Positions 9,341-18,388 of a stretch of 64,000 nucleotides of DNA are shown here, one piece after another (the stretch's first letter is position 1; each line of letters starts with the position of its first letter). The notes beneath the pieces are model-generated. The model made no database searches, was not told the origin of the DNA, and saw only the letters and a program-made list of their open reading frames with translations. The stretch lies in the NCBI GenBank assembly GCA_050952225.1, contig JBMNKL010000001.1, positions 238,589-302,588 on the forward strand. The letters run 5' to 3'. The stretch is from Acetivibrionales bacterium. GTDB taxonomy: Bacteria > Bacillota > Clostridia > Acetivibrionales > DTU013. The position numbers and the translations under genes were made by a program.

Positions 9341-10786
9341 TTAAGTCTGCCTGCCGCTCAGGATTGTCCCCTCCAGCCAGTCGACAAACTGTTTTGCCGT
9401 CCGGGGCGATCTTCCGTTGAACCGCAGCTCCCACCTAAGAGCTTCTCTATGCATGAATTCCGTGTCTACCTTCAATCCCCTGTTTCTTGCAATTCCCTCC
9501 ACGATTTCAAGATACCTCTTTTTATCGGGTGATGAAAATACCAGCGTCATGCCAAAGCGGTCCGAAAGGGATAGTTTCTCCTGCATGGTATCCGCAGCCC
9601 GGACCTCGTCATCGGCATTGCCGGATAACAACCCCGCCCTTTCGCTAAACCTCTCCCTGATTAAATGCTTACGGTTGGATGTGGCATAAACCAGTACATT
9701 GGGAGGTTTATTCTCCAGCCCGCCTTCCAGGGCTGCCTTAAGCGCCGTATAATTCGCCTCGTTTTCTTCAATGGACATATCGTCAACAAACAGTATAAAC
9801 TTCAAGCTCCTGCCGGCAAGGCGGCTGACAATGGCCGGGTAATCAGTCAACAGCTTTTTCGGCACCTCGATCATGCGCAGACCCCTGTCGTAATACTCGT
9901 TCACCAGGGCCTTGACGGTGGAAGACTTTCCTGTCCCCCTGTCGCCATAAAGGAGAATGTTGTTAGCCGGGTATCCAGCGAGGAAACGCAGCGTGTTTTC
10001 AATAATCTCCTCCCTCTCCGTCTCGTACGATATCAAGTCGGAGAATTTTACCGGGTCCGGGAATTCGACCGGTTTAAAATAACCGTCGCGGCCTTCCTTT
10101 TCCCATACAAACGCCCTGTACTTCGAGAAAATGCCGCTTCCCCATTTTCTGTGGAACTCCGCAAGGTCTTTTGCGCATTCGCGCCAGGAATCGCTGTTCA
10201 TAAAGCGGTCAAAAATACAGTTATCGGTTAACATACAGGTATTCTTCAGCCCGGTGGCATCTCGACCTCCGCATTCCGGCCATTCCGGCAGGCCGGATAC
10301 CGTCCTCTCCTGCCATCCCGAGGCGTTGCACCGGCCGGAGATCCAGGTTTTTATTGTGCCGGGCTTAAGAGACGCAATAATCCGAAGCTGCTCAAGGTCG
10401 TGTTCCACGGCTTCTCCCATGCGGCCTTCCAGGCAATCTGCACCCTTAGCCTCAGCTTCAAGGGAAAAAGCGTTTTCCGTGTACAGCAGCTTTTCAATAA
10501 TATGCGTCTTCAAGCCGGTCCCCCGCACGAGCAATTCATGGCAGAGAGAGCCGTACATATCAACCGCCCTGGAAATATCCGGGCTGTCTGAATCAAGATG
10601 CGCCAGCAAAGTATCGAGCCCGGCCAACAGCCTATCCAGCAAAACTGGCCTGTATACCGTAAGGGACGATAATGCAAGACGCGCCTGCCTCAAGCCGGAT
10701 TGCCTGCTTTTTACACTGCCCGGCCCGGTTATATCTTTATTATTTTCATCCGCGTATCTCATAACAACCTCCTGCCTGTCTGCCAT
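9341..10786 (-). CDS. P-loop ATPase, DUF815 family
   Basis: 481 aa. The C-terminal ~290 aa match the DUF815 AAA-type ATPase (LLYGDRGTGKSSTVKALV Walker A, FILFVDD Walker B). It also has a ~190-aa N-terminal extension of unknown function. Confidence 0.75.
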   Translation of the reverse strand: MADRQEVVMRYADENNKDITGPGSVKSRQSGLRQARLALSSLTVYRPVLLDRLLAGLDTLLAHLDSDSPDISRAVDMYGSLCHELLVRGTGLKTHIIEKLLYTENAFSLEAEAKGADCLEGRMGEAVEHDLEQLRIIASLKPGTIKTWISGRCNASGWQERTVSGLPEWPECGGRDATGLKNTCMLTDNCIFDRFMNSDSWRECAKDLAEFHRKWGSGIFSKYRAFVWEKEGRDGYFKPVEFPDPVKFSDLISYETEREEIIENTLRFLAGYPANNILLYGDRGTGKSSTVKALVNEYYDRGLRMIEVPKKLLTDYPAIVSRLAGRSLKFILFVDDMSIEENEANYTALKAALEGGLENKPPNVLVYATSNRKHLIRERFSERAGLLSGNADDEVRAADTMQEKLSLSDRFGMTLVFSSPDKKRYLEIVEGIARNRGLKVDTEFMHREALRWELRFNGRSPRTAKQFVDWLEGTILSGRQT

Positions 10787-10788
10787 GG

Positions 10789-11532
10789 TCAGCCCGTCCG
10801 GTTTTTACGCCTCATGCCGCGTATAATTTCCCTTGTTTCCCGGTCCGTCTTCCTGGATTCAATGATTTTCCGGAGCGCCATGTTATGCGTGAAATCATCC
10901 AGGTCGTTATTTTCAAGGTATGCCATCGTTTGCTCCGGGTACTTTGCATAACATGCCGCCAATGCCCAGGCCACGGCCATTTTTACATAGTAGCCGTCAT
11001 GCCTGATTTTATCGAACAAACCCGGAAAGAACCCTATATAGTCGCTTTCAATATAATAATTTATCAGCATAACGACGGCAAACCGTATTTCAAACTCTCT
11101 GTCAGAATTAAAGTAGCCCTGGAGAAATTCCCATACGCGGGCTTTATCTTCCCCTGCAAACTTCAAGCCGGCGCAAAAACTGTCGCATACCGCCCAGTTG
11201 TTTATCTTCGGCAAAAAACCGGCAACCAGACGCAGCTTCTCTTCGATGCTTGTTTTTACCAATCCAATCACTATGCCTTGCAGCATAATTTCTTCAAAGT
11301 ACTCATCATCAGTCTGCGCCAAGTAGCAACGCCAATCCCCGCGGGCTATTTCCCTGCCGAGCCTCCTGAGCAACGGAAGGCGCACGCCCAGTATTTCACC
11401 GGCTTTTGGAGTCAGCTTCGAAATGAATTCACGGTATTTCTTATCGGCCAGCTCCCGGAGCACCGCTTTGATAACTTCTTTTGTCGGTTTTCCCTTGTCC
11501 TTGAGGAAACTCCCTTCGCTTTTCAATACCAT
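10789..11532 (-). CDS. DNA alkylation repair protein (AlkD/AlkC-like HEAT-repeat family)
   Basis: 247 aa, all-helical, with family-typical segments (YREFISKLTP, LGVRLPLLRRLGREI, INNWAVCDSFC, AVAWALAACY). Confidence 0.75.
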   Translation of the reverse strand: MVLKSEGSFLKDKGKPTKEVIKAVLRELADKKYREFISKLTPKAGEILGVRLPLLRRLGREIARGDWRCYLAQTDDEYFEEIMLQGIVIGLVKTSIEEKLRLVAGFLPKINNWAVCDSFCAGLKFAGEDKARVWEFLQGYFNSDREFEIRFAVVMLINYYIESDYIGFFPGLFDKIRHDGYYVKMAVAWALAACYAKYPEQTMAYLENNDLDDFTHNMALRKIIESRKTDRETREIIRGMRRKNRTG

Positions 11533-11589
11533 CTCTCCACCTTGGTCATGTTTCGCCTGTCCGCGATTCGTCCGCTTTATGCCCTGCCG

Positions 11590-12441
11590 CTATACTCTGT
11601 AGGCGCAGCGAAGCATTCTTATTTCTTCAGCGTAGCCGTCCAGATCGTTTGGAGTCTCAAGAAAAAACGGCAAACAGCGGAGCCTCGGGTGGTTAATTAT
11701 TTCTATGAATGTATCCTTCCCGAGTGTACCCTCCCCTATTTTTTCGTGCCGGTCCTTACGGCTCCCGTACTCGTTTTTACTGTCGTTCAGATGGACGGCG
11801 CGGAGCCTGTCCAGCCCGATTACCCGGTCAAATTCATCCAGTACGCCGTCAAGGTCATTTACTATATCATATCCCGCGCTATACACATGGCAGGTGTCAA
11901 GGCATACTCCCAGCTTCTCGTTCAGTTCCACCCTGTCGATTATCTGCCTGATTTCCTCAAACGTGCTCCCTATTTCGCTGCCTTTGCCGGCCATTGTTTC
12001 AATCAGCACCAGCGTGGTCTGGCCAGGTTTAAGAATCCTGTTCAAAAGCCGCGCTGTCAGTTCAATCCCGGTTTCAACGCCCTGTCCTACATGGTTTCCG
12101 GGATGAAAGTTGTAATAATTGCCGGGCGTATACTCCATCCGCGCCAGGTCATCCGCCATTATCCCAAGGGTGAACCTTCTTACACGTTTGTCTTCCGCAC
12201 ATGGATTTAGCGTGTACGGAGCATGGGCCATGACGGGGCAAAATTTGTTTTCAGCGGCAAGCTCAAGAAACGCCGAAACATCATCCATGTCAATTTCCTT
12301 TGCCCGGCCGCCCCTCGGGTTCCGGGTGAAAAACTGAAATGTATCCGCCCCGATGCTGAGCGCTGTTTTCCCCATGTGCAGGTATCCTTCAGATGCGGAC
12401 AGATGACACCCAATATGCAACCTGTTATTTTTACGATTCAT
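11590..12441 (-). CDS. nfo: deoxyribonuclease IV (endonuclease IV)
   Basis: TIM-barrel AP endonuclease motifs: [84 protein letters not shown]. Start set to ATG 12441, which has GGAGG 8 nt upstream; the track ORF extends to 12540. Confidence 0.9.
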   Translation of the reverse strand: MNRKNNRLHIGCHLSASEGYLHMGKTALSIGADTFQFFTRNPRGGRAKEIDMDDVSAFLELAAENKFCPVMAHAPYTLNPCAEDKRVRRFTLGIMADDLARMEYTPGNYYNFHPGNHVGQGVETGIELTARLLNRILKPGQTTLVLIETMAGKGSEIGSTFEEIRQIIDRVELNEKLGVCLDTCHVYSAGYDIVNDLDGVLDEFDRVIGLDRLRAVHLNDSKNEYGSRKDRHEKIGEGTLGKDTFIEIINHPRLRCLPFFLETPNDLDGYAEEIRMLRCAYRV

Positions 12442-12958
12442 TGCTGTTTCCTCCGCCATTCGGGTTTGTTCCGGTTCTGTGATTGCTATACCGTTTTTCA
12501 AGCTCCAGGAGTTTTTCCTTGATGCCCACACCACTCGCAAAACCGGTCATGCTCCCATCCGACCCTATAACACGATGACACGGCACAATAATTGCAACCG
12601 GGTTCCTGTTGCATGCCATGCCAACCGCCCGGTATGCCCTTGCCCGGCCGATGCTTTCCGATATTTCCTTGTAACTGCTGGTCTCCCCGTAAGGAATACC
12701 TGACAATGCCTTCCACACGGCCAGTTGAAACGGCGTCCCCTTCATATCCAACGGGATGTCAAATGCTTTCCGTTTTCCTGCAAAATATTCGCTTAGCTGG
12801 AATGCCGCTTCCCTGATCAGCGGTGTTTCTTTTAAAGAACCCGAAACATCCGGATTCAACCTTCCGTCGCCGGCAAAAAACAGGCCGGTTATCGCTTTTC
12901 CGTTATCAGCTATTCCTATGACTCCTACGCATGTTTTGTAATAAAAAACACTATTCAT
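12431..12958 (-). CDS. ogt: methylated-DNA--protein-cysteine methyltransferase
   Basis: Active-site motif IVPCHRVIG plus upstream [20 protein letters not shown]. Its 3' end overlaps the nfo start by 11 nt. Confidence 0.9.
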   Translation of the reverse strand: MNSVFYYKTCVGVIGIADNGKAITGLFFAGDGRLNPDVSGSLKETPLIREAAFQLSEYFAGKRKAFDIPLDMKGTPFQLAVWKALSGIPYGETSSYKEISESIGRARAYRAVGMACNRNPVAIIVPCHRVIGSDGSMTGFASGVGIKEKLLELEKRYSNHRTGTNPNGGGNSNES

Positions 12959-13020
12959 TCTTCCAGGCCGATATCCTCATTCCAACATCATTATCCTGAT
13001 AAATATATGCAAGCAGCAGG

Positions 13021-13806
13021 CTATTTCTCAAAATAGGCTGCAATTTTATCTCTTTTTTCATAATATTTTTTAAGGTAATTTTTACTTAACCCGTATTTGT
13101 CATAACCCCCGGCGCCGCGCTGATAAATGGACAGGGCCACATCCATCCTTTCTTTCCCTTCCAGCCCCTTAACACGTTTATCAGCCAGTATCCAGCTGAA
13201 TAAGGTAGTCCCCCATTTTATATTGACAGCGCCGTCCAGCGGATCATTCGGTGTTTTCAACGCTTTCGTAAGATTCTCCGCATGGACTGTACTGATCTGA
13301 AAATACCCTTTATATCTATTGTTCGAACATTTTTCGTTAAAATTGCTTTCCAGCGATATGAGCGCAAGCATATCTATATAATCCAGGCCCTTTTGCTTGC
13401 AACACTCCCATAACAGTTGCTGGTGTTCCTTTTTCATGGGTATATCGGGAATGTACCATAGGCTTTCATCATTTTCCGCTTCCATGGCATCAACAGCTTC
13501 AGGCGATTCTGCCGCTTCCGCGGCATATTCCCCTTTCGCCGCATCAGCCCCTTCAAGCGCTGCTGCAATATTCTGCGCCGGCGCAAAACAGCCGGTTTCT
13601 TCAGGCGCTTCAAATATAGGCGTGGTATCCGCGGAACCTTGCGGTTTTTTCAAATAGCCAAACGACCGGCCAGGACCATCCGTAAAAATCACAACCGAAA
13701 TAATCGACGGGGTCATGCTTACAGACGCAAAGACCGGAGCAGCAAACAAACAATTAACAATACTCATTAAAGTGAACAGGTATATAAACTTTTTTCGAAT
13801 TTTCAT
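13021..13806 (-). CDS. secreted lytic transglycosylase (SLT-domain) protein
   Basis: Signal peptide (FTLMSIVNCLFAAPVFA), an Ala/Glu-rich linker, then an SLT-like catalytic segment ALISLESNFN ... YKGYFQIS. Confidence 0.7.
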   Translation of the reverse strand: MKIRKKFIYLFTLMSIVNCLFAAPVFASVSMTPSIISVVIFTDGPGRSFGYLKKPQGSADTTPIFEAPEETGCFAPAQNIAAALEGADAAKGEYAAEAAESPEAVDAMEAENDESLWYIPDIPMKKEHQQLLWECCKQKGLDYIDMLALISLESNFNEKCSNNRYKGYFQISTVHAENLTKALKTPNDPLDGAVNIKWGTTLFSWILADKRVKGLEGKERMDVALSIYQRGAGGYDKYGLSKNYLKKYYEKRDKIAAYFEK

Positions 13807-13984
13807 TGCTCTCCCTCATGGTAAAATTATCATTCTCATATTTTACCACGTGCTGTTATTATAATCAAATGCCATATAATCCCAGACATATGTTCCTGGC
13901 TGTACTCCTGTTGACGCAGGTTTTTACTCTTGTGCTCCGGTAATTATCAAGTAATTACCGCTGCCGCTACATCCGGCAACAGCA

Positions 13985-14013
13985 TTGACAATGCTATTTC
14001 AACTGGATATAAT
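13985..14013 (+). promoter_or_regulatory. consensus sigma-A promoter for tRNA-Ser(GGA)
   Basis: TTGACA (13985-13990), 17-nt spacer, TATAAT (14008-14013), 43 nt upstream of the tRNA. Confidence 0.6.
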
Positions 14014-14056
14014 GTAATAGTCGCATAAAGGGCGGAGTGCTCAATATTTATTGCAT

Positions 14057-14149
14057 GGAGGAGTCGCCTAGTCCGGCCGAGGGCGTGCGACTGGAAATCG
14101 CATAGACGTCAAAAGCGTCTCGAGGGTTCAAATCCCTCCTCCTCCGCCA
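14057..14149 (+). tRNA. tRNA-Ser (anticodon GGA), CCA encoded
   Basis: Acceptor GGAGGAG/CTCCTCC, anticodon stem TGCGA/TCGCA with loop CTGGAAA, long variable arm GACG-TCAAAAG-CGTC, T arm GAGGG-TTCAAAT-CCCTC, G discriminator, CCA. Confidence 0.9.
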
Positions 14150-14160
14150 CAGACTGTTCA

Positions 14161-14186
14161 AAAGCCCGCTGTTTTAGCGGGTTTTG
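14161..14186 (+). terminator. intrinsic terminator after tRNA-Ser(GGA)
   Basis: Hairpin AAAGCCCGCT-GTTTT-AGCGGGTTTT with a U-rich 3' side. Confidence 0.5.
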
Positions 14187-14395
14187 GCGTTAAATAGACT
14201 TTGATTCTTTTTCCTTTTTATTTTGCTTAACATGGCAATCAAATACGGTTGCACATTGCAACCTGCTGCCGTCACTGTTAAAAAGATGCTCTCTTATGTT
14301 TCCGGCCAAGAGTCCAGGATGAAAAAGAAAGTATAACCGGTCAATATAACGCAGGCTGCGATGCGATTCAAGTCCAGGAAGGGACAAGCAGACAT

Positions 14396-14431
14396 TTAAA
14401 AAGCCGGTTGCCGAATAAGTCGGCAACCGGC
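14396..14431 (-). terminator. intrinsic terminator of the xylanase gene
   Basis: On the minus strand, GCCGGTTGCCG-ACTTATT-CGGCAACCGGC is followed by TTTTT, 30 nt after the stop codon. Confidence 0.65.
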
Positions 14432-14459
14432 ATAAGTCAGGCTTTGCAAGCTATTGTAA

Positions 14460-15653
14460 CTAATAAGGCCAATGCCAATATAGATCGAAAAAGCCATGAC
14501 TAAACCCTCTATCACCGTTGCATATGCCTGAAAAATTCAGACTCTTGTCATTATAGAGGGATACGAAGCCACAATCGCCGTAAAAATCAAAAAAGTGGAA
14601 TTTCTGTGCTGTTGATATACTGTTGCCGTCCGCTCTTACGGGATTTGTACTGTCTCTTACCGTAACATATTTACCGGTCTTCTTCGACTTTAAAGCTACT
14701 ACGGTAGCCCATTCCGTATAATGATGATAATTTATATGATCCATATATAGGTATTCCATATCAAACATCGCCTCTATGTCTGTCAAATCTACAGTTGACG
14801 AAGGAACCATTCTGTTCGAACTGTCGATGTACATAACCCTGTACCCGTCCGACCAGTTTGTTTCCATGCTTATAGGCCTTGTATAGGGATTGTCTTCATA
14901 ATCATCTATTACGCCGGTCATTCTTATATTAGCGTTTCCAGTGCTTCCATATCCTTCGGTCAGCATGATCTGGTAGTACACACTAAAGTCTCCGATGTCC
15001 AAGCCGGCATTTTGCCACGCCTTAACGTGGTTATTGAAAGTAATTACTCCGCTGATGTTTCCCGTAGGTTTCTTGGGTGAACGGATACTCCAGTACTGGT
15101 AGAAGGTTTCATTCCTACCCCTGACAGTTGGCTGGTTTTCTTGCACCTTTCTGTACATATTGTATGTTGCGCCATCGCTTTGTACTGTGCCCAGGAATTC
15201 CGCGCCACCTCCCGGAGGCGCCCAACTGCCGTGGCTTTCGAGGACATAATACTCTGCCATCTCATAACGCGACCCCGGAGGAAGCACTATCCATCCATAC
15301 AAAGCCAAGTTACCGTTGTTGCCCGGATTGAAGCTGCCTTCGTAGTATACTTTCCTATATCTGTCGCCGCTGCTCCATCCTTTGCCGCAAGTAAAATTGG
15401 CATCCGATGCCCCGTTGTTGCTCCATGTAACTGAATAGCTGCCGATTCCGGTACTTTGGAAGTTTACCGTACCCTTGTTGTTTGTCCAGACAAAATAATA
15501 GTATTGTCCGTCATAACCGTCTTCAAAGCTTGCCGAAACACTTGCCTGGCTAAAAGCCATAATTGCTGTTATTATTGTGAAAGTAATTATCCTTAGCAGT
15601 GTCTTCCTGAAGCGGCTGTTCCTTGATAGTGAAAATGATTTTTTCATACACAA
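14460..15653 (-). CDS. glycoside hydrolase family 11 endo-1,4-beta-xylanase with an uncharacterised C-terminal domain
   Basis: Signal peptide, then a GH11 jelly-roll: YYYFVWTNNKGTVNF, SYSVTWSNN, FTCGKGW, LALYGW, EYYVLES (nucleophile Glu region), GATYNMY, FYQYWSIR, MLTEGYGSTGNANI (acid/base Glu region). The last ~150 aa match nothing I recognise. Confidence 0.85.
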   Translation of the reverse strand: MCMKKSFSLSRNSRFRKTLLRIITFTIITAIMAFSQASVSASFEDGYDGQYYYFVWTNNKGTVNFQSTGIGSYSVTWSNNGASDANFTCGKGWSSGDRYRKVYYEGSFNPGNNGNLALYGWIVLPPGSRYEMAEYYVLESHGSWAPPGGGAEFLGTVQSDGATYNMYRKVQENQPTVRGRNETFYQYWSIRSPKKPTGNISGVITFNNHVKAWQNAGLDIGDFSVYYQIMLTEGYGSTGNANIRMTGVIDDYEDNPYTRPISMETNWSDGYRVMYIDSSNRMVPSSTVDLTDIEAMFDMEYLYMDHINYHHYTEWATVVALKSKKTGKYVTVRDSTNPVRADGNSISTAQKFHFFDFYGDCGFVSLYNDKSLNFSGICNGDRGFSHGFFDLYWHWPY

Positions 15654-15805
15654 ACCTCCTAAAACATGTTAAAATGGTGTAATATAAAATACATGTATTA
15701 TTCTACCATATCGAGGCAAATTATACAATTGTTTAGGAGGATATATTTCGCCCGGGCTAAGTAAACGTTAATCGATAACGATTTATACGACCAGTTCTCC
15801 TGTTG

Positions 15806-16258
15806 TCATTTTTCTTTTTCTTTCCGGTTCTTTTGTTGTTTACGGTATAGCTCCACTTTGATTAGTTTAGGTTTAGCAGACTTGCGTGAAGGATCTTCAT
15901 CTAAACCGTAATTAAGACATTCAATTGCTTTTTTCATATTATCCAGATCTTCATCAGATAGTGAGTCAAGTGCAGAAAAAAATCTTCCAAATATAGTTTT
16001 TGATAATTTATCTGCATAATGCTTGTAGACTTCGATACCTTTTTCCGTTGGTTTCAGAATTATATTTTTCCGGTTTCCCACCATCAGGTATTTATCGATA
16101 AGTCCATATTCCACTACTTGAAAAGCCCGGCTTAAGCCGGGCTTTCTGGACCAGAGATATAGAACTGTTTCACTATTTCCAGCCTCTATCCAAGAAAGAG
16201 GCTGCCACGGAACATGGTATTGGCGACAATCATTATCGTATAAAAGATACCCATACAT
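15806..16258 (-). CDS. MarR-like winged-helix regulator, probably N-terminally truncated or remnant
   Basis: The central PGLSRAFQVVEYGLIDKYLMVGNRKNIILKPTEKG looks like a MarR recognition helix plus wing, followed by a helical dimerisation segment and a Lys-rich tail. The first ~35 aa do not look MarR-like, and the ORF overlaps the upstream ORF by 73 nt. Confidence 0.4.
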   Translation of the reverse strand: MYGYLLYDNDCRQYHVPWQPLSWIEAGNSETVLYLWSRKPGLSRAFQVVEYGLIDKYLMVGNRKNIILKPTEKGIEVYKHYADKLSKTIFGRFFSALDSLSDEDLDNMKKAIECLNYGLDEDPSRKSAKPKLIKVELYRKQQKNRKEKEK

Positions 16259-16926
16259 ATTCCGCCCAGGTAAATGTTGCCTGTCAGTCTGAATAGTTTC
16301 CTGCTTATAATCGTCGCTACGGGTATCAGAACAACCAACGGCAGCAGGTTGAAAACCCTCATGGGGTTCCAGATGAGTAATCCTTTTGAAATTAATGTAA
16401 CATACTGGATTACAATCATTATCAATATCCCCGCTACATTACCAATGCAAGTGAATACGACAGACCTCCAGCCTTTCAGACTGTCTATTCTGTTAAATCC
16501 ATTAACCACCGCAGAATTGACAATATAGAACAGTATGAATGGCAACATGTAAATTAAAGCATACACCAGCGTCTCGGGATTAAAGGCTTTTACCGCAATC
16601 ACCCAGAAACGAAAATCAGTTGCAAATGCCCAATCCGCAAAGAAAGTAATCACGTATATGCCGGTAATAATACTAAGAGCAAGCAGTACCGTTTTGAATG
16701 CTGCAAAAACCAATTTGCCTTTAGTGTCGCTGGGCCCTGGATTTGCAGGTCTAATGTCCACAGCCTGTAGCTCTTTGAAAAATGGGGTTTTCAGAAGTAT
16801 CGCAGCAAAAGGAACGATGAAGATAAATATACCGATTAATCCGAGCAAATTAAAAAGTTCCTTTATGAACCAAACTTGATTGGACGGGGCTATATAGTTA
16901 TATCCTGCCGGGGTTCCAAATGGCAT
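16186..16926 (-). CDS. polytopic membrane protein of unknown function (possibly the C-terminal part of a longer gene)
   Basis: 246 aa with about 6 hydrophobic helices. No good RBS, and the start lies inside the 44-aa ferredoxin-motif ORF in another frame. Confidence 0.45.
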   Translation of the reverse strand: MPFGTPAGYNYIAPSNQVWFIKELFNLLGLIGIFIFIVPFAAILLKTPFFKELQAVDIRPANPGPSDTKGKLVFAAFKTVLLALSIITGIYVITFFADWAFATDFRFWVIAVKAFNPETLVYALIYMLPFILFYIVNSAVVNGFNRIDSLKGWRSVVFTCIGNVAGILIMIVIQYVTLISKGLLIWNPMRVFNLLPLVVLIPVATIISRKLFRLTGNIYLGGICMGIFYTIMIVANTMFRGSLFLG

Positions 16927-17032
16927 GCAGGCCCTTATATATTGAGATTGCGCCCATAGGGCAGCTTTTTACGCAACACCCGCACGCCACGCATTCATCT
17001 GTTAGCAAAGCTGCTTTTTTCTTATTTGCCAT
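16898..17032 (-). CDS. 44-aa ORF with one 4Fe-4S ferredoxin-type motif (probable gene remnant)
   Basis: Manual translation: MANKKKAALLTDECVACGCCVKSCPMGAISIYKGLHAIWNPGRI. It contains a single CxxCxxCxxxCP motif. Too short for the ORF track, and it overlaps the start of ORF 16186-16926 out of frame. Confidence 0.3.
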   Translation of the reverse strand: MANKKKAALLTDECVACGCCVKSCPMGAISIYKGLHAIWNPGRI

Positions 17033-17224
17033 AAAAACCACCTTTAAGTATATTAGTAATTTCTAATATGCTTATATTAATAGGTTTTGTCAAGTGAGTT
17101 TTTCCTATGAAGCAGGTTTTTAAGTTCCGAAACTCTCGGGATTTCACTGTGAAAAAATATAGAAGTTTATTGACAATAAGTAAGAAATATGTAAAGATAC
17201 TGCAAAAGCCAGGAGGGTATCTTA

Positions 17225-17898
17225 ATGAATAAAATTGGATTTATTGGCTTCGGCAGTACGGGAAGCATGCTTATAAAGGCCTTTATAGAATACGGACAGG
17301 TAAGACAGGAGCAGATTGTTGTCACAAGAAAAGATAAAAGCAGGCTTGATGAAATAAAGAAAACCTGGCCCGAAATCAGCATTGCCCAAGATGCCGTCGA
17401 AGTCGTAAGAAACGCGGAATATATATTTATTTGCGTAAAGCCCCTCACTGGTTTGCCATAATGATAAAGTCAACCGAAGAAGCCTCGGGCTGCATAGAAT
17501 CACTGCTTGGGAATATAGGCAGAGTATGGCGGATTGATGAAAGGGATTTTGATTTTGCATCCACGTTTACCAGCTGCGGACCCGGTTTATTTGCTGCCAT
17601 ATTTCAAGAACTTGTTGAAACTGGCTTAAGGTATACCAACAGCTTTGGAAAAGAGGAAATAACAGAAATGATACTTCAAACACTACACGGGACATCCAGG
17701 TTGATGCTGGAAAAAAAGCTGGGCTTCCGCGACGTCATCTTAAGAGTGGCAACAAAAGGCGGTATAACAGAGGAAGGAGTCAAGGTGATTGGAAAAGGCC
17801 TCCCGCGGGTGTTCGATGAAATGCTTGGACAGTGTATGAATAAGCGTAAAGCTATTAGTGAGAAAGTATCCTATGAATTCAGGGATATTTGCAAATAG
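17225..17898 (+). pseudogene. pyrroline-5-carboxylate reductase family gene (ProC/ComER-like) with internal deletion and frame change
   Basis: ORF 17225-17461 gives the NADP-binding N-terminus (KIGFIGFGSTGSMLI ... YIFICVKPL). ORF 17431-17898, in a different frame, gives the C-terminal dimerisation domain (TSCGPGLFAAIFQELVETGL ... VATKGGITEEG). About 50 aa of the conserved middle (the MPN-containing segment) are absent. Confidence 0.75.
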
Positions 17899-17956
17899 CA
17901 TATATTCCCGGATTATCAATAATCCTTGAAATTTGCACGATTCAGGGCTAATGTAG

Positions 17957-17985
17957 TATAATGATATTGAAATAGAAAAAATATA
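17957..17985 (+). promoter_or_regulatory. sigma-A-type promoter of the M-box/corA unit
   Basis: TTGAAA (17957-17962), 17-nt spacer, TATAAT (17980-17985), about 30 nt before the riboswitch. Confidence 0.55.
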
Positions 17986-18015
17986 GGTGTATAATTACAT
18001 TTGCAAATCAATATC

Positions 18016-18214
18016 GTTAGGTGAGGCTACTGTACAGATACACGCTGCTGCCCGGAAACATCGAGAGATGCCAATGGGTTAACAGGTATTACCGAAGTAA
18101 GGTTTTACTTAACGTAGCTGGATTTGGTATTCCAAAGCTGTACAGTGCTAAAGCTCAACGAGTGATAGGTAATATATTGTTTTTAAATCCGTCACTCGGT
18201 GGGACGGTTTTTTT
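18016..18214 (+). promoter_or_regulatory. M-box (ykoK-type) Mg2+ riboswitch with intrinsic terminator
   Basis: Segment-by-segment match to the B. subtilis mgtE M-box: GTTAGGTGAGGCT, ACGCTGCTGCCC, GATGCCAATGGGTTAACAG, GTAGCTGGAT, ACAGTGCTAAAGCTCAACGA. The expression platform is the hairpin CCGTCAC-TCGGT-GGGACGG plus T7 (18189-18214). It lies upstream of a CorA transporter, a typical regulon member. Confidence 0.88.
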
Positions 18215-18388
18215 AATGTATTTAGAACTATTAAAAGGGGTGAACGGTATGGATTGTGACGCCGGTGGAAGTAGTCACTTACGATGCTTTGCTCTGTTCA
18301 GGGTTTTATTTGCCATGCCGTTCGGGTGGCCCGACACGGTATAGGCAAGTAATCCCTCTTAAAAATCTTTGGAGAAGAGGGTGATTAT

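Noticed and set aside
10885-12210. 441-aa plus-strand ORF. Similar long antisense ORFs occur at 23848-24921 (357 aa), 52218-53249 (343 aa), 34645-35373 (242 aa), 10131-10826 (231 aa) and 42554-43210 (218 aa).
   Set aside because: Each lies entirely antisense to a minus-strand gene with clear family motifs (alkD-like/nfo, phosphodiester glycosidase, aldolase, murA, DUF815, giant Fn3 protein). The translations are low-complexity, Arg/Pro/Ser/Phe-rich, and lack an RBS or any recognisable motif. They are shadow ORFs typical of mid-GC coding regions.
14190-14426. 78-aa minus-strand ORF between tRNA-Ser(GGA) and the xylanase gene
   Set aside because: It has no RBS, spans the xylanase terminator hairpin, and the translation is featureless.
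18021-18344. 107-aa ORF upstream of corA
   Set aside because: It overlaps the M-box riboswitch and its terminator. The region matches the RNA element segment by segment, and the translation has no protein-like features.
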